DNA of 64,000 bases from an uncultured Poribacteria bacterium (GTDB lineage Bacteria; Poribacteria; WGA-4E; WGA-3G): the NCBI GenBank assembly GCA_958296135.2, contig CATQHZ020000001.1:4736001-4800000 (forward strand). Reading direction: 5' to 3'. Positions 29,587 to 42,300 of the stretch are shown here, in pieces. The notes beneath the pieces were generated by a model, which saw only the letters and a program-made list of their open reading frames with translations, ran no database searches and was not told the DNA's origin. Position numbers and translations under genes: made by a program. The number at the start of each line of letters is the position of its first letter. The stretch's first letter is position 1.

Positions 29587-31494
29587 CTACAGAGACTCAT
29601 TCTCGGTTTGCCAGAGCGGCAGTTTCACGGCGAAATTACTGCCCTTTCCTTCTTCACTCTTCACGCTGATTTCGCCGCCATGCAACTCCACCAAGCGATA
29701 GGTTAACGCCAACCCGAGCCCAGTGCCGCCATACCGCCGCGATTTCGAGGTATCAATCTGCGTAAAGGGCGCGAAGAGTTTACGCTGGTCTTCGTCAGCG
29801 ATGCCTATCCCTGTGTCAATCACCTCAGCGTGCAGATGCGTGGCGCTAACCTCCAAGTGCGTGGAGACTTTGCCGCCTTCCGGGGTAAATTTCACGGCGT
29901 TTGAAAGCAGATTGTAGAAAATCTGCTTCAATTTCACCCGGTCTGCCTCAATTGGCGCGTCCCGCTGATACTGCAAGGTGAGTTCCAAGTCCTTCTTTGC
30001 GGCGAGCGCGTTGATGATAGTGTTGACCTCCTCCACCGCTTCTACAATCGCGAAGGTTTCCAGTTGCAGCACCATCTTCCCTGCCTCAATTTTGGAGAGA
30101 TCGAGAATATCGTTGATCATCTCAAGCAGATGCTGTCCGCTGGTGTGAATGTCGTTGACGCACTCCTTCTGTTCGGCGTTGATGCTGCCGACGAGCTCAT
30201 CTCTGAGAATTTCGGCGAACCCGATGATGGCATTCAACGGCGTGCGGAGTTCGTGGCTCATGTTTGCGAGGAAATCGCTCTTCGCACGGCTGGCATATTC
30301 AGCGGTTTCCTTCGCGCGCTGCATCGCCTGCTCCACCCGTTTCCGGTCGGTAATGTCGGTGGAAGTCATCACAAATCCGACGAGGTGCCCCTCCCGTTTA
30401 ATCGGGCCGATGCAGCTGGCATACCAATTTCCACTCACGCGGCCCTGCACTTCATAGGTAGCAACCGCGCCAGTTTCAACTACCTTGGCGCAGGCCTTCC
30501 GGAACATTTCATGATGCTCCACGGTGAGGAATTCAAAGATGCTTTTCCCAACGATGTCCTTAATGTCCAAGCCCACGCCCCCCGGCGGGCGGTTGAGAAA
30601 CTCGATTTGATACGCGAGATTCATCGTGGATATCATGTCTGGCACGCTTTGGACGAGCGAACGCCACTTCGCCTCGGAATTCCTCAAGGCCTGTTCAGCA
30701 CGATAGTGCTCGGTGATGTCGCGCGAGATACCGCAGGTGCCTTGAACGCGCCCATCTCTATCGCGAATAGGCACCTTCGTCGTCGACACCCACGTATTCT
30801 GCCCATCGGGCCAGGTCTCCTTTTCCAATTTCGCCTCAATCGGTCTGCCGGTTTCAATAACGGTTCTTTCGTCTTTGTAAGCCTGCTGCGCGTGTTCGCG
30901 CGTAAAGAAATCAAAATCCGTTTTGTTCACAGCATCCGCCGGGTTTTTCACCCCGAATCGCTCCGCTAAAGAACGGTTGATTCGGATGAACTGACTCTCC
31001 GTATCCTTAAAATAAATGTGGTCTGGGGTATTCTCCATGAGCGTATGCAGGAGCTCACTCTCCTGCGTGTGTGCCGCCGCCAGTTGCTGGAACCGGGTTT
31101 CACTCTCCTTCACCTTCGATGCCAGCCGCCGCTGCCGAGTAACGTCCCGTGCGACAACGTAGCAGAACGGCTCGTCCGATGGGGCCCGCGTCACGTTCCA
31201 ACTGAGATGCTTGTAAGCCGCATCTTTGCACCGGACCCGCGTATCAAACGTGACGGTGTCACGTTCCCCCGTTTTCAGTTTGCTGATGTCGGCGAGCATT
31301 TTGTCCCGGTCCTCGGCATGAACAAGGGCGAACCACGGCTGACTCTGGAGCGCCGCGCGCGTGTAGCCGAGGGTGTTCTCCCACGCAGCATTGAGCGGGA
31401 CAAACTCGCCATCAAAGCGGATACACCCGAACATCTCCGTGGAAGCCTCCAAAAAATGGCGGGTTTCAATCGTATCGTCTGCAAAATGCGCCAT
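29587..31494 (-). CDS. Cytoplasmic multi-PAS sensor histidine kinase
   Basis: Three PAS/PAC domains, H-box 'SHELRTPLN', 'NLLSNAVKFT', 'DTGIG', 'GTGLGL'. Confidence 0.93.
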   Translation of the reverse strand: MAHFADDTIETRHFLEASTEMFGCIRFDGEFVPLNAAWENTLGYTRAALQSQPWFALVHAEDRDKMLADISKLKTGERDTVTFDTRVRCKDAAYKHLSWNVTRAPSDEPFCYVVARDVTRQRRLASKVKESETRFQQLAAAHTQESELLHTLMENTPDHIYFKDTESQFIRINRSLAERFGVKNPADAVNKTDFDFFTREHAQQAYKDERTVIETGRPIEAKLEKETWPDGQNTWVSTTKVPIRDRDGRVQGTCGISRDITEHYRAEQALRNSEAKWRSLVQSVPDMISTMNLAYQIEFLNRPPGGVGLDIKDIVGKSIFEFLTVEHHEMFRKACAKVVETGAVATYEVQGRVSGNWYASCIGPIKREGHLVGFVMTSTDITDRKRVEQAMQRAKETAEYASRAKSDFLANMSHELRTPLNAIIGFAEILRDELVGSINAEQKECVNDIHTSGQHLLEMINDILDLSKIEAGKMVLQLETFAIVEAVEEVNTIINALAAKKDLELTLQYQRDAPIEADRVKLKQIFYNLLSNAVKFTPEGGKVSTHLEVSATHLHAEVIDTGIGIADEDQRKLFAPFTQIDTSKSRRYGGTGLGLALTYRLVELHGGEISVKSEEGKGSNFAVKLPLWQTENESL

Positions 31495-31545
31495 GTTCGT
31501 CCCCTCAAGATAAGGGTGGATATGAAGACAGCCACCCTTATCATT

Positions 31546-32307
31546 TTATTTCGTGACTAAAACCGCGCGGTCTGCCAGTTTAACCACGGTCTGCGTCGTG
31601 CTTTGGAAGACGAGTTCGTAAAGTCTCCCGTGATGGCTCGCGCTGAGCGCGATCAGATCGCAGTCTCTCGCCTCCGCGTTTTCCAAGATATTGGTTACCG
31701 TAAACCCAAGAGCCGTCAGGAATTCTGCTTCTACCTCGTAGTAGTTCAAGTACGCTTCCATCTGCTGCTTAATCTGCGTTGCCTCCGCTTGCGTACTTGA
31801 AAGCGCGAGTCCGAGAATACCCGCCTTTGTCAATTCGCCGATTTCTGCGACGAGCCCTAACACGTGGTCCGAGTAAATATCGCCGTGATGGACAGCGAGG
31901 ATTTTGCGCAGCAGCGTACACTGCTCATGCACCACGATGATAGGTTTCGTGATATGCGAGAGGACATCGTCAATCTGGTTCTGAATCATCTTGAGCCCGC
32001 GGTTCCGAATATCTTCGGGGAGCCCGATGACAACCAGGTCTGCAGAGTGCGCTTTCTCACAGATCATCTGCCGTGGGTTTCCAGCGACAGCCTCAATGTG
32101 GTAATCCAAGAAATCATACAGCGAACATTCCGCTTCCGTTCGCCGGATGACAGTGTCAGCGACTTCGGCACGTCCGCCGTGGGCACTGTCCTGAAAAAAG
32201 ACACACGAGAGATGCGTGCCGAGGAGCACGGCGAGTTGCCCGGCGTATTCAAAGGCATTTTTCTCGTAATCCGTGTCGCCTATGGCGACGAGTATGTTTT
32301 TTATCAT
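31546..32307 (-). CDS. Universal stress protein (tandem USP domains)
   Basis: 'IKNILVA', 'GNP...ADLVVIG', 'CDLIAL...STTQTVVKLADRAVLV'. Confidence 0.8.
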   Translation of the reverse strand: MIKNILVAIGDTDYEKNAFEYAGQLAVLLGTHLSCVFFQDSAHGGRAEVADTVIRRTEAECSLYDFLDYHIEAVAGNPRQMICEKAHSADLVVIGLPEDIRNRGLKMIQNQIDDVLSHITKPIIVVHEQCTLLRKILAVHHGDIYSDHVLGLVAEIGELTKAGILGLALSSTQAEATQIKQQMEAYLNYYEVEAEFLTALGFTVTNILENAEARDCDLIALSASHHGRLYELVFQSTTQTVVKLADRAVLVTK

Positions 32308-32329
32308 TGGCTCCCTCTCCCCGCAAACG

Positions 32330-32683
32330 TCACTGTGACGGCTCCAACAAAGCGGTGATAGCTTCGTTTTCGCTCTCATAGTTTCTAAAGACGGTGATTA
32401 ATCTCGCCATGACAATGAGGTTTTTGACATGCTTGTTGACATTAATCACCCCGATTTTCCCGCCGCGGGGGTGAATCTCGGCGTAGATTTTCATCAGGGT
32501 GCCGAGCCCGGAACTGTCCATTCCGGTGACTTCTTTGAAGTCAAACACCAATTTCGGCGGTTCGGTAAGTTCAGCAAGGGTTTTCTCCAGGACCTCGGTA
32601 ACCTCGCTCACTCCCGGTGCTATGATTCTCCCACTGAGTTTACAAATAACAACCCCTTCTTTCTGAGACACGGTGATTGCCAT
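32330..32683 (-). CDS. STAS anti-sigma-factor antagonist
   Basis: 'DFKEVTGMDSSGLGTL'. Confidence 0.9.
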   Translation of the reverse strand: MAITVSQKEGVVICKLSGRIIAPGVSEVTEVLEKTLAELTEPPKLVFDFKEVTGMDSSGLGTLMKIYAEIHPRGGKIGVINVNKHVKNLIVMARLITVFRNYESENEAITALLEPSQ

Positions 32684-32836
32684 AGTTGCCTCCTGTTTCG
32701 CTCGCGGCGCGCCGATGCCGATGCGCCCCACAAATGAGCCATCCCCCCCTCAAACAGCTCGGACCCGGGCGAGCCCGAGCTACAGAGAAAGGCGCATCGG
32801 ACTTCAGGCGGTGGAAGCGCGTTCCGAAGAAGCGGT

Positions 32837-33184
32837 TCAACTCTCGTTCGCGAGTGCCGAGACCGCGGCTTCTTCGGAATCGTAATGTTCAAAAATACTG
32901 ACGAGCCGGCTGCGGACGATCAGGTTCTTGATGTTTTTGCCGACGTTGATAACGCCAATGCGGCCGTCCAGCCGCTTCGCGGCGACATGCGCGCCCATCA
33001 AAGTGCCGAGCCCGGAACTGTCCATCATCGAGACATTCTCAAAATTGATGAGGAGTCTCGGCGTATCGGTAGCATCAATCTGCGCGGTTATCGCATCACG
33101 AAGCTCCGATACCGCGGTCCCCATGATTTTCCCGCTGGGTTCCAAAATTGTAACGCCATCGCTCTGGCGGATTGTGGTTGCCAT
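32837..33184 (-). CDS. STAS anti-sigma-factor antagonist (paralog)
   Basis: 'NFENVSMMDSSGLGTL'; clear paralog of 32330-32683. Confidence 0.9.
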   Translation of the reverse strand: MATTIRQSDGVTILEPSGKIMGTAVSELRDAITAQIDATDTPRLLINFENVSMMDSSGLGTLMGAHVAAKRLDGRIGVINVGKNIKNLIVRSRLVSIFEHYDSEEAAVSALANES

Positions 33185-33290
33185 TCTGGCTGCTCCTTTT
33201 TTCAGTTTTTGGCGAATTGAGTGGTTCAACTCACTTTACCTTTTATTTTAATCCTTTTTAATGCATTTGTCAAGTTTAAATTCAAAAAAA

Positions 33291-33515
33291 GAATCAGGAT
33301 TTACAAGATTTACAGGATTCGCAGGATGACAGGCATCGGCGTATCGGAATCCTCATGTATCGCCGACGTTTTCCATCGTTGAAAAACGTCTTTCTCTCCG
33401 TTAGAACACCGCCATGTAAAGGGTTACCCGAGTGTCACGCAACACAGAAATTCCGATGGCACCAAGCCCCTCATCCTATTCATCTTGAAATCCTGCACAT
33501 CCGCAATTCAGACAA
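33291..33515. repeat. Inverted pair of 9-mer CAGGATTTA-type arrays (MITE-like)
   Basis: CAGGATTTACAAGATTTACAGGATTCGCAGGATGA at 33295-33329; complementary TCATCC...ATCTTGAAATCCTG at about 33471-33510. Confidence 0.5.
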
Positions 33516-33517
33516 GA

Positions 33518-36199
33518 TTATGAAGACTTCAAAAAATTCCGAATCACGTAATCCAGAATTCCACCGTGTTTGTAATATGCCACCTCAACCGGGGAATCGA
33601 TTCTGACGCGCACTTCCGTCGACAGTGTCTCGCCGCCGGCGCGGACGATGTCCATCGTCGCCATCTGCCCGGCCTGCAAGTCAGCAGCGAAACCGGTGAC
33701 ACAGATCTGCTCGCTCCCATCAAGGTTGAGCGTCTGCGCGTTTTCGCCCGCTTTGAATTGCAACGGCAAAATGCCCATGCCGATGAGGTTGCTCCGATGA
33801 ATGCGTTCATAACTCTCAACGACGACGGCCCTGACTCCGAGCAGTTTCGGTCCCTTCGCCGCCCAATCGCGGGAGCTGCCCATGCCGTAGTCCTTGCCAG
33901 CAAAGATGACGGTGGGAACGCCGTTTTCCCGGTAATGGCGCGCCGCTTCATAAATCGTCGTCTGTTCGCCTTCGGGATACTGGCGCGTGAATCCGCCTTC
34001 AACATCGGGTGTCATCAAGTTGCGGACGCGGCGATTGGCAAACGTGCCGCGGCTCATCAGCCGGTCATTGCCGCGTCTGGCACCGTAGGTATTGAAATCG
34101 CGCGGGGCCACGCCGTTTTCCTGAAGGTATTCTCCTGCGGGGCTCGCTGCGGCGATGGCACCCGCCGGTGAAATGTGGTCTGTCGTGACAGAGTCGCCGA
34201 AGATGCCGAGGATCCGTGCGTTAACGACATCCGAAATCGGTGCGGGTTCACGCGAAAATCCCTCAAAGAACGGTGGATGCTGCACATACGTGCTTTCTTC
34301 GTCCCATGGATACAGCACGCCGGTTGCACCGGCGAGTGCTTCCCACTCCGGTGCCTGCGCGCCGATTTGTTCATACATCTCACGGAATGTCTGCCTGTCT
34401 ACCGAGGTGCTAATCATCTCTGCGATTTCTTGGCGCGTCGGCCAGATATCGCGCAGATAAACCGCCTCGCCTGCATCGTTGCGGCCGAGGGGTTCCGTGG
34501 CTAAGTCAATGTCAATCCGCCCCGCGAGTCCATACGCGACAACAAGCGGCGGCGACATGAGGAAGTTCGCCTTTATCTCCGGATGCACGCGCGCCTCAAA
34601 ATTGCGGTTGCCGCTCAGCACGCTGGCAGTAACGAGATTGTCTGCATCGATAGCCGCTTGCACCACTTCGTTGAGGGGCCCACTGTTGCCGATGCACGTC
34701 GTGCATCCGTAGCCGACGACATTGTAGCCCAGTTTCTCCATGTAGCGCAACAAGCCGGTGTTCTGCAGGTATGCTGTCACGACGCGCGAACCGGGCGCGA
34801 GGCTGGTTTTGACGTAATCGGGGACGCGCAACCCTTTCTCGACTGCTTTCTTCGCGAGGAGCCCCGCGCCTATCATCACCGACGGGTTGCTGGTGTTAGT
34901 GCAGCTCGTAATAGCGGAGATGACGACAGAACCGTGCGTTATAACAGCGGAGGCGTTTCCGTTCTCGGAAACATCGACACCAAAACCATCTTCGGCAGTG
35001 GGGCGCGTGAGCAGTTCGGCAAAGGTTTGCTTCACATTTGATAAGGCAATCCTGTCTTGGGGCCGTTTCGGTCCGGCGATGCTCGGTTCAATGTGGCTCA
35101 AGTCGATTTCCAGCACATCGGAATACTGCACTTCGCCGAGGCGCGGGATGCCGAAGATGCCTTGCGCTTTGAGATATGCCTCTACCAACGCCACATGTGC
35201 TTCATCGCGTCCGGTGAGCCGTAAGTAGTTTATCGTCTCGGTATCGGGTGGGAAGAATCCGACGGTTGCGCCGTATTCGGGGCACATGTTTGAAAGCGTC
35301 GCCCGGTCTGGGAGGGAGAGTGTCTCCACGCCTTCGCCGAAGAATTCAACGAATTTATCAACAACCTCGGCGGCCCTGAGCCGCTGCGTTACCGTTAACA
35401 CCAGATCCGTGGCAGTGACACCCTCTTGGAGCTCGCCTTTCAGATGCACGCCGAGGACTTCTGGGGTGAGGATGTAAACGGGTTGCCCGAGCATCGCCGC
35501 TTCCGCCTCAATACCGCCGACGCCCCATCCGACAATGCCTAACCCGTTAATCATTGTGGTATGCGAATCGGTGCCGACAACGGTATCCGGATAAGCCAAC
35601 GCCCCTTCCATCATGACTACCTGGGCGAGGTATTCCAGATTCACCTGATGCACGATGCCGATAGACGGCGGGATGATGTTGAATTTTTCAAACGCCTGCT
35701 GCCCCCATTTCAGGAATTCATACCGCTCCTTGTTGCGTTCAAACTCGCGCCGGGTGTTAAATTGAAAAGCGTTTTCTGTGCCATACGCATCAACCTGAAT
35801 GGAATGATCGATTACCAGATCGACAGGGACGAGCGGTTCTATCCGACTCGCATCGCCGCCGAGTGCTGCGACAGCGGCACGCATCGCCGCGATGTCAACG
35901 ACAAGCGGAACGCCGGTGAAATCTTGCGCGACGACGCGCGCCGGTTTGAACGGAATCTCCGCCACCCTCGGCGAACGGGCATCCCAAGCTGCCAAATTGA
36001 CAACGTCCTGCTCCGCGATGTGGTGGCCGTCGTAATTCCGCAATAACGATTCCAGCAGAATGCGCAGGCTGACAGGTAAAGCCGGTATTGAACCGATGCC
36101 GGCTTCTGCTAACGCGGGCAGTGAATAATAGGTGCACGCGAGCCCATCTGTTTCTAGGGTTCGGCGTGAATTGAATAGGTTATGAGAAGGTTGGGACAT
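33518..36199 (-). CDS. acnA: Aconitate hydratase A
   Basis: 'QDFTGVP', 'DLVIDHS', 'GTDSHT', '[11 protein letters not shown]', '[12 protein letters not shown]', 'TTDHISP', '[10 protein letters not shown]'. Confidence 0.97.
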   Translation of the reverse strand: MSQPSHNLFNSRRTLETDGLACTYYSLPALAEAGIGSIPALPVSLRILLESLLRNYDGHHIAEQDVVNLAAWDARSPRVAEIPFKPARVVAQDFTGVPLVVDIAAMRAAVAALGGDASRIEPLVPVDLVIDHSIQVDAYGTENAFQFNTRREFERNKERYEFLKWGQQAFEKFNIIPPSIGIVHQVNLEYLAQVVMMEGALAYPDTVVGTDSHTTMINGLGIVGWGVGGIEAEAAMLGQPVYILTPEVLGVHLKGELQEGVTATDLVLTVTQRLRAAEVVDKFVEFFGEGVETLSLPDRATLSNMCPEYGATVGFFPPDTETINYLRLTGRDEAHVALVEAYLKAQGIFGIPRLGEVQYSDVLEIDLSHIEPSIAGPKRPQDRIALSNVKQTFAELLTRPTAEDGFGVDVSENGNASAVITHGSVVISAITSCTNTSNPSVMIGAGLLAKKAVEKGLRVPDYVKTSLAPGSRVVTAYLQNTGLLRYMEKLGYNVVGYGCTTCIGNSGPLNEVVQAAIDADNLVTASVLSGNRNFEARVHPEIKANFLMSPPLVVAYGLAGRIDIDLATEPLGRNDAGEAVYLRDIWPTRQEIAEMISTSVDRQTFREMYEQIGAQAPEWEALAGATGVLYPWDEESTYVQHPPFFEGFSREPAPISDVVNARILGIFGDSVTTDHISPAGAIAAASPAGEYLQENGVAPRDFNTYGARRGNDRLMSRGTFANRRVRNLMTPDVEGGFTRQYPEGEQTTIYEAARHYRENGVPTVIFAGKDYGMGSSRDWAAKGPKLLGVRAVVVESYERIHRSNLIGMGILPLQFKAGENAQTLNLDGSEQICVTGFAADLQAGQMATMDIVRAGGETLSTEVRVRIDSPVEVAYYKHGGILDYVIRNFLKSS

Positions 36200-36236
36200 C
36201 AATTTCTCCTCTAAACATGTCAGACCCCGAGGTCTT

Positions 36237-38510
36237 TCAATTGTGTTGTATTTTCGCCAGTTTATCAAGTTGCTGGCGCGCATAGACGGTAATAACGTCT
36301 TCCGGGTAGTCGGTAATGAGCGTGGTATAGGTGGCAATGGCATTCGCGTAGTCAGTTTGCCGCTGATAAATGGCGGCGATGTGCATCAACGCTTTCACCG
36401 CGAGCGCGCTTTTCGGGACATCGGGACCAGAAGCCCCTCCTACTGATGTGACGATTTGTCGGTACGCCGCCATCGCCGCTGCATCTTTGCCGCCCTCGCG
36501 GTAGATGTCGCCGAGGAAGAGCCATATATCGTCAACGATGAGTGCCTGTGGGTATGCGTCCAGTGTCCGCTCGCACTGCTGCACGGCGGCATCTGTCTGT
36601 CCACGTTGATGTAGCCGCACGGCAGTGGCATATGCTGCCAACGGGATTTTGAGATAATCGGGATGACTCTGAATAAGGACAAGCCGTTCCAGCGCGTCGT
36701 TCGTGAGCCGGTCGGTTTTTGAGATGAGGATTGCCTGTTTGTATGCTTCCTCCGCTTTCTCAAAATCGGCGGCGAAGAAATAGGCATCACCGATGAGTTT
36801 TTGCGCTGTAGCTTGGAACCGGTTCGCGTCTGCCGCAATAGGTGCGAAGCCCTCCTGCGCTTGGGGATACTGTGCCAATAAGAGCTGGCATTCCGCTATG
36901 CCTAATCGCGCTTCTATCAACTGGCTGCCTATCAATCGCCGGGTGAGCAAACGTTGGAAGGTGGCGTAAGCCTCTTCCGGGGTGCGAAGCCCATGCAGTT
37001 GCAGTTGCGCGAGGAGCAGCCGGGTCTCAATCGAATTGGCACCGGGTAGCGCGGCATTTGCCGCCGCGGTTAAAAGTTCAACGGCATCGTGCCATCGCTC
37101 CATTTTATGATAGAGTCTGGCAAGTTTGCGATGCGTTTCTCCCAATCGCGCGCTATCAGAAGAAACTTGCAGCAACGTCTGATAGAAGTCCACCGCCTCA
37201 CGGTTTCCGTTGCGTGCCAGTCTCCTTGCGTATTGCTCAAGCATGATGTCAATGTAGACAGGATACCGCGCGTGGAGTTGCGTGAATGTCTCCAATGCCT
37301 TCTGGGATTGCCCATCGTAAAAGAGGAGTTCCGCCAATGTGAGGGCGAGGTTGACATTCCGCGGTTGACGTTTTGTCGCTTTTTGCGTGTGGGCGATGAG
37401 TTTCGCCATCAAGGGCTTTTGCGATGGATTGTCATAAATGTCCTGCATGGCGAACAGAATCGCCTCGCGTTGGTTATGCGCCATGCCAACGTTTTGCAAC
37501 GCCTGCAGGTATACCATTCCTGCCTCCTCAATGCGGCCTTGGATTTTGTAAGCGGCGGCGAGCTGCGTGTAGAGGTATCCGTTTTGTGGGCTGAACCGAA
37601 TCGCCTGCCGATACGCCGCGATGGCCTCCGAATACATTTTGTGTGAGAGGTAAAGTGCGCCGAGTTCCTGCTGCCGGGCTACGCTATTCGTCTCGCCTGC
37701 TACCAGTTTTTTCCATTCTTCCACGGCTTGTTTAGTCTTGCCGAGTTCAACGTAAAGTGAGCCGAGTTTTTTGCGGATGCTAGTATTTCCCGGATGCTGT
37801 TCCAACGCGCTGCGGTAGAGTTCCAATGCCTTTGGCTGCGCGCCTTGTTGTTGATAGAGCACCGCCAACTTCTCCAAAAGCGTCGTGTCCCCCGGATGCC
37901 GTTTCATCTGCGCCGCAATCAGTTTCTCTGCCGCCGCGTAACGTTTGTTCTCAATGTAGAGTTGAATGAGGCTATTCACCGCCGAAAACCCGTAAGGCGA
38001 ATGAGGAAAGGTGTCAAGGAAATACCGATAACTCTCCATTGCGTCCTCGTGTTGCCCAGCGGTATATTCGGACTGCGCGAGGAGATAGGCAGCGGTGGCA
38101 GCAGCATTCGTGCCGGGATGCTGCTTCAAAATCTGCTTGCAGTGCAAAATCGCCGCTCGGAATTGATACCGCTGCAGATAGAGGTTGCTAAGGCGATGGA
38201 CAGCCTGCGTTGCGTAAGAGCCGCTCGGGTTTTCGTCAATAATTTCTTTAAAGACGCGATGCGCATCGGCATCTTCGCCGAGTTTCGCGTAACTCTGCCC
38301 GAGCATGAGGCGGATGTTGTCTCGCTGGCTCTGTTGAAGTTCGGTTTCAAGCAGCGCGTGATACGCCTGCACGGCTTCCGCATAGCGGCGTTCGTGGAAG
38401 TGCTCATGCGCTGCTTCAATTGCGTCTAAACCGAGTGCAGGCGCAGCGCAGAGTGCCATCATCGTTATGGCGAGGGCTGTCCGCTGCCACAAAGGGAGCG
38501 ATTTGTTCAT
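36237..38510 (-). CDS. Secreted TPR-repeat protein
   Basis: Signal peptide; many TPR/BamD-YbgF-like repeats. Confidence 0.85.
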   Translation of the reverse strand: MNKSLPLWQRTALAITMMALCAAPALGLDAIEAAHEHFHERRYAEAVQAYHALLETELQQSQRDNIRLMLGQSYAKLGEDADAHRVFKEIIDENPSGSYATQAVHRLSNLYLQRYQFRAAILHCKQILKQHPGTNAAATAAYLLAQSEYTAGQHEDAMESYRYFLDTFPHSPYGFSAVNSLIQLYIENKRYAAAEKLIAAQMKRHPGDTTLLEKLAVLYQQQGAQPKALELYRSALEQHPGNTSIRKKLGSLYVELGKTKQAVEEWKKLVAGETNSVARQQELGALYLSHKMYSEAIAAYRQAIRFSPQNGYLYTQLAAAYKIQGRIEEAGMVYLQALQNVGMAHNQREAILFAMQDIYDNPSQKPLMAKLIAHTQKATKRQPRNVNLALTLAELLFYDGQSQKALETFTQLHARYPVYIDIMLEQYARRLARNGNREAVDFYQTLLQVSSDSARLGETHRKLARLYHKMERWHDAVELLTAAANAALPGANSIETRLLLAQLQLHGLRTPEEAYATFQRLLTRRLIGSQLIEARLGIAECQLLLAQYPQAQEGFAPIAADANRFQATAQKLIGDAYFFAADFEKAEEAYKQAILISKTDRLTNDALERLVLIQSHPDYLKIPLAAYATAVRLHQRGQTDAAVQQCERTLDAYPQALIVDDIWLFLGDIYREGGKDAAAMAAYRQIVTSVGGASGPDVPKSALAVKALMHIAAIYQRQTDYANAIATYTTLITDYPEDVITVYARQQLDKLAKIQHN

Positions 38511-38531
38511 GGTATCCTCCGTCCTGATTGA

Positions 38532-39281
38532 TTATCTGAGTTCTACCAATTTTTCAAGGACAAGCGAAAACTTCTCGCTGAGTTCCTTATGCTGCCCGCG
38601 CAACTCAGCGTATACCGCCTTGAGTGCACCATGGTCTTTCTCTATCGAATTTAACCGAACCTCAAGTTCAACGTTTTCCTGCTGGAGCGTAAGGTAGCGT
38701 TGTTCCGCCGCCTTTTTCGCTGCGGCGAGTTCCTGCTGGAGCGCAAGGTAGCGTTGCTCCCCCGCCTGTTGCGTCGTGGTGAGCTCCTGCTGCGTCGCGG
38801 CGAGCTCCTGTTGCGTTGAAATGAGCTCCTGCTGCGCCGTAGAAAACTGCTGTTGCGTCGCGGTGAGCTCCTGCTGCGTTGAAATGAGCTCCTGTTTCGT
38901 TGAGGCGAGTTCCTGTTGCACGGCAGCGAGCTCCTGCTGGAGCGTATGGTGCCGGCTATCGGCGAAGGCTTGGAAAGTTCTGAACTCCTGCCGAAGTGCC
39001 TCGTGTTCCGCCAAAAGCGTTTTGTGTGCCCCCTGGAGAATGCTGTGTTCCTCCTGAAGGGAATCGTATTTCTGCTGAAGGACACCGTTCGATTCTAGCA
39101 GCACATCATATTTCTGCTGAAGGACACCGTTCGATTCCAGCAGCACATCGTATCTCTGCTGAAGGGTGTCCAATCGTTTTTCAACGTCCTTTTTACTCCG
39201 CCAGATGCGAATCAAGGCAAAGATACTGAGCCCGAGCGCGCTGATATCAATTAAACTAAAAGCGGCAACGTTGAAATCCAT
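38532..39281 (-). CDS. Membrane-anchored coiled-coil protein with internal repeats
   Basis: N-terminal TM; 42-bp repeat (QQxYDVLLESNGVL) and heptads QQELxxT; own TTGACA/TATACT promoter at about 39348-39377. Confidence 0.75.
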   Translation of the reverse strand: MDFNVAAFSLIDISALGLSIFALIRIWRSKKDVEKRLDTLQQRYDVLLESNGVLQQKYDVLLESNGVLQQKYDSLQEEHSILQGAHKTLLAEHEALRQEFRTFQAFADSRHHTLQQELAAVQQELASTKQELISTQQELTATQQQFSTAQQELISTQQELAATQQELTTTQQAGEQRYLALQQELAAAKKAAEQRYLTLQQENVELEVRLNSIEKDHGALKAVYAELRGQHKELSEKFSLVLEKLVELR

Positions 39282-39373
39282 TTTTATCCTCCTTGTTACG
39301 TTATGTCTTACCTCGGTTGTACTGCGGCCAGCGTTTATATGCTATTAAAGTATAGCATTTTCTGCGGCGGATG

Positions 39374-42300
39374 TCAACCCATTTTCTCGCATAACGCAAT
39401 TATCTCCTCAAGCGGCTGAGTCTCTGCCGCCGATGTGCATCTCTCAACTGTTTCATCGTCAAGATGTTCGTGGAGTTGCGTCATAGCATTCTGCACTGCC
39501 CGCGCGTTTAAGGTATGCGCAGCATCGGTTTCAGCGTAGACGCGCGCGGCGGTAAAAAAGAGCAGTAGACTCCGCTCAAAATGCCCCTCCGCGCGATACA
39601 GCCGCCCGAATTGATAGAGTGAATCGGCGATATCGCGGGAGTATCCGCCTTCCTTCCGAAGTTGCAGGCTTTCAGTGTAGCATCGCCGCGCGTCGTCAAG
39701 GTTCCCCTGCCGCAGCGCGATTTTTCCAAGACTATCCAACAGATAGGGCATATTCGACGTGGCAGTGGCCTGCGCTACCTCCCGCGCAAACTGGAGGCTC
39801 TCGGTATAGTGGCGCGCCGCCGCAGCATCGTCACCTTGCTGATACGCAATCAATCCTAAGTGGCTCAACGAATAGGAGACACCCTGTTTATCGCCCAACT
39901 CGCGCTGAATCGCCAAACTCTCGGTGTGATAACCGATAGCTTCCGCATACGCCATTTGGCGATAGGCAATCAGGCCGAGGTGGTTGAGCGATATCGCAAT
40001 GCCGCGTTTATCGGCGAGCTGCCCCCGGATGTCTAGGCTTTCGGTATGGTAACGCTTCGCTTCCTCATGTGAACCTTGCTGATTCGCCGTTTTCCCGAGA
40101 TTGTTGAGCGAATAGGCGATGCCGCGTTTATCACCCAATTCGCGAGCCAACTGGAGGCTTTCTGTATAAAGCCGTTTCGCCACCTCAAATCGGCGATGGG
40201 TGTATGCCGTAAGCCCAAGGTTATCTAACGCGTAAGCGATGAGCCATTTATCGCCGAGTGCCTTCGCGAGCTGGAGACTCTCCGTGAAATGCGCGTCTGC
40301 TGCCTCGGGCGCGCCTTGATAGCGGGCAATAATGCCGAGCAGGTTTAACCCTGTGGCGACACCGTGGCGATGCCCGGCAGTTCGGAATAGCTGTAACGCT
40401 TCTTCGCACAGCCGCCTCGCCGTCTCGCACTGCTGTTGCGTGTTATAGAATTTTGCGAGGGAGACGAGGACGTGCGCTAAGGTGTCGTCCGGTTCTTCCC
40501 CATTCGCGGGGATTACGCGCTGACAACGCGCGCCTACGGCACCTTCTGGAGGCCGTAAGGCGGTTTCTGCCTGTTGTAACCACGCTACGCCTTCGCCCCA
40601 CAACCCGCGCACATAGAAAAATTGGGTGAGCGCGACCGCGAGCTGGCTGAACGGGTGCCACGCCGCCCCGGCAGCAAGAAACGCCAGCGCAGCACGGAAG
40701 TTATCCAATTCCTGCGCCATCTCTGACAGTGCGTCTGTCTGCGCCGCGCCGCGAAGTTTTTTGTCTAATGCTCGCGCCAATGTCAGATAATACGCCGCAT
40801 GCGCCTCCCGGAACGCGTCCGAAGCCTGCCGCTTCTCTCGCATGTAGAGTTGCAACGGGACAGAAAGGCGATACCGGGCTCCTGTCGTGATGAGCAACGA
40901 TTTGTCGTGTAAACTGAAAATGAGCGCCAGCGTGCTAGCCGCACGACTCTCTGAACGGGGCAAAAACTGCTCTGGTTTCCCTACAGACGAAGAGGCTGAA
41001 GCGGGGTTACAAACTCCGCCTACTGAAGGGGAACAGATGGCTTCGGCAGCCTCTAACGAAAAACCGCCTGAAAAGTGAGATAACTGCCCAAGCAACCGCT
41101 GTTCTTCTGCCGACAACAACTCGAAGGACCAGGACATCACCGCTATCAGCGTTTGGTGGCGTGCCGGCACATCTCGATTCGGCGTTGTTAGGAACGCCAA
41201 CTGCGTTGACAACCGGCTCAAGATGTCTTGCGGTGTCATGCCGCGCACGCGCGCCGCGGCGAGCTCAATCGCAAGCGAGAGCCCATCGAGGGCTCGGCAA
41301 ATTGCACCTACAGCCGCCGCATTCTCTCCCGTTAATTTGAACTGCGGGGAAACCGCCTTCGCACGTGCCAGGAAGAGTTGAACGCTCTCTGATTCCTGAA
41401 GCACTTCACACGTATCATCCGCGGAAGGCACGGATAACGGCGGCACCCTGAACGTTTGTTCTCCCGAAATTTGCAACACGTGACGCGAGGTGACGAGGCA
41501 TTGCACCCTCGGGCAGCCGCGCAGGAGCGTGTTGACATGCATCACGGCTTCCATCAGATGCTCGAAGTTGTCTAACACGAGCAGGAGTTCCTTCTCGGCG
41601 AGATAGGCAACCACCTGCTTCATCACATCGTCGCTCTCTGCCTGTTCGGTTTTGAGCGGAATGGCGAGGGCGGTTGCTATTTCCGTGAGCATAAAGTCTG
41701 GAGAAACCAGAGCGGCGAGGGAGATGAACCACACGCCGTGCCGATAATGCGCCAGCAGTTCCGCCGCGCTCTGGAGCGCGAGCCGCGTTTTGCCGATGCC
41801 CCCGGCACCTGTCAGCGTTAAGAGCCGCGGATTTCCCGCCGTGAGATACCGCACAATCTCGGCAACCTCGGCTTCTCTGCCAATGAAACTTGTCATCGGG
41901 GCCGGCAAGTTATTCGGCAGCGTGTCCATCGTTTTCAACGGCGGAAATGCGTCCGTGTCGGAGACAGAAAACTGAAAGATGCGTTCCGGATGCGACAGAT
42001 TTTTGAGGCGGTGTTCACCCAAATCGCGGAAGCTGCGCCGCGGGAAGTGTGCCTTCACCAATTCATGCGTTGCAGCGGAGAGCAGTATCTGTCCGCCGTG
42101 CCCGGCATCCGTGATGCGTTTGGTGAGGGTGGCGGGCATCCCTTGAATTTCACGGTGCTTACCCTCTTCAAGGAAAAGTAGTTCGCCGGTGTGAATCCCA
42201 ATGCGAACCTTGACATCGCCGACAGCCTTGGGCCAGGGATGCGCCCCAAGTGCCTCTTGCACTTCAATGGCGCACTGGACAGCGGCACTTCCTGTATCAA

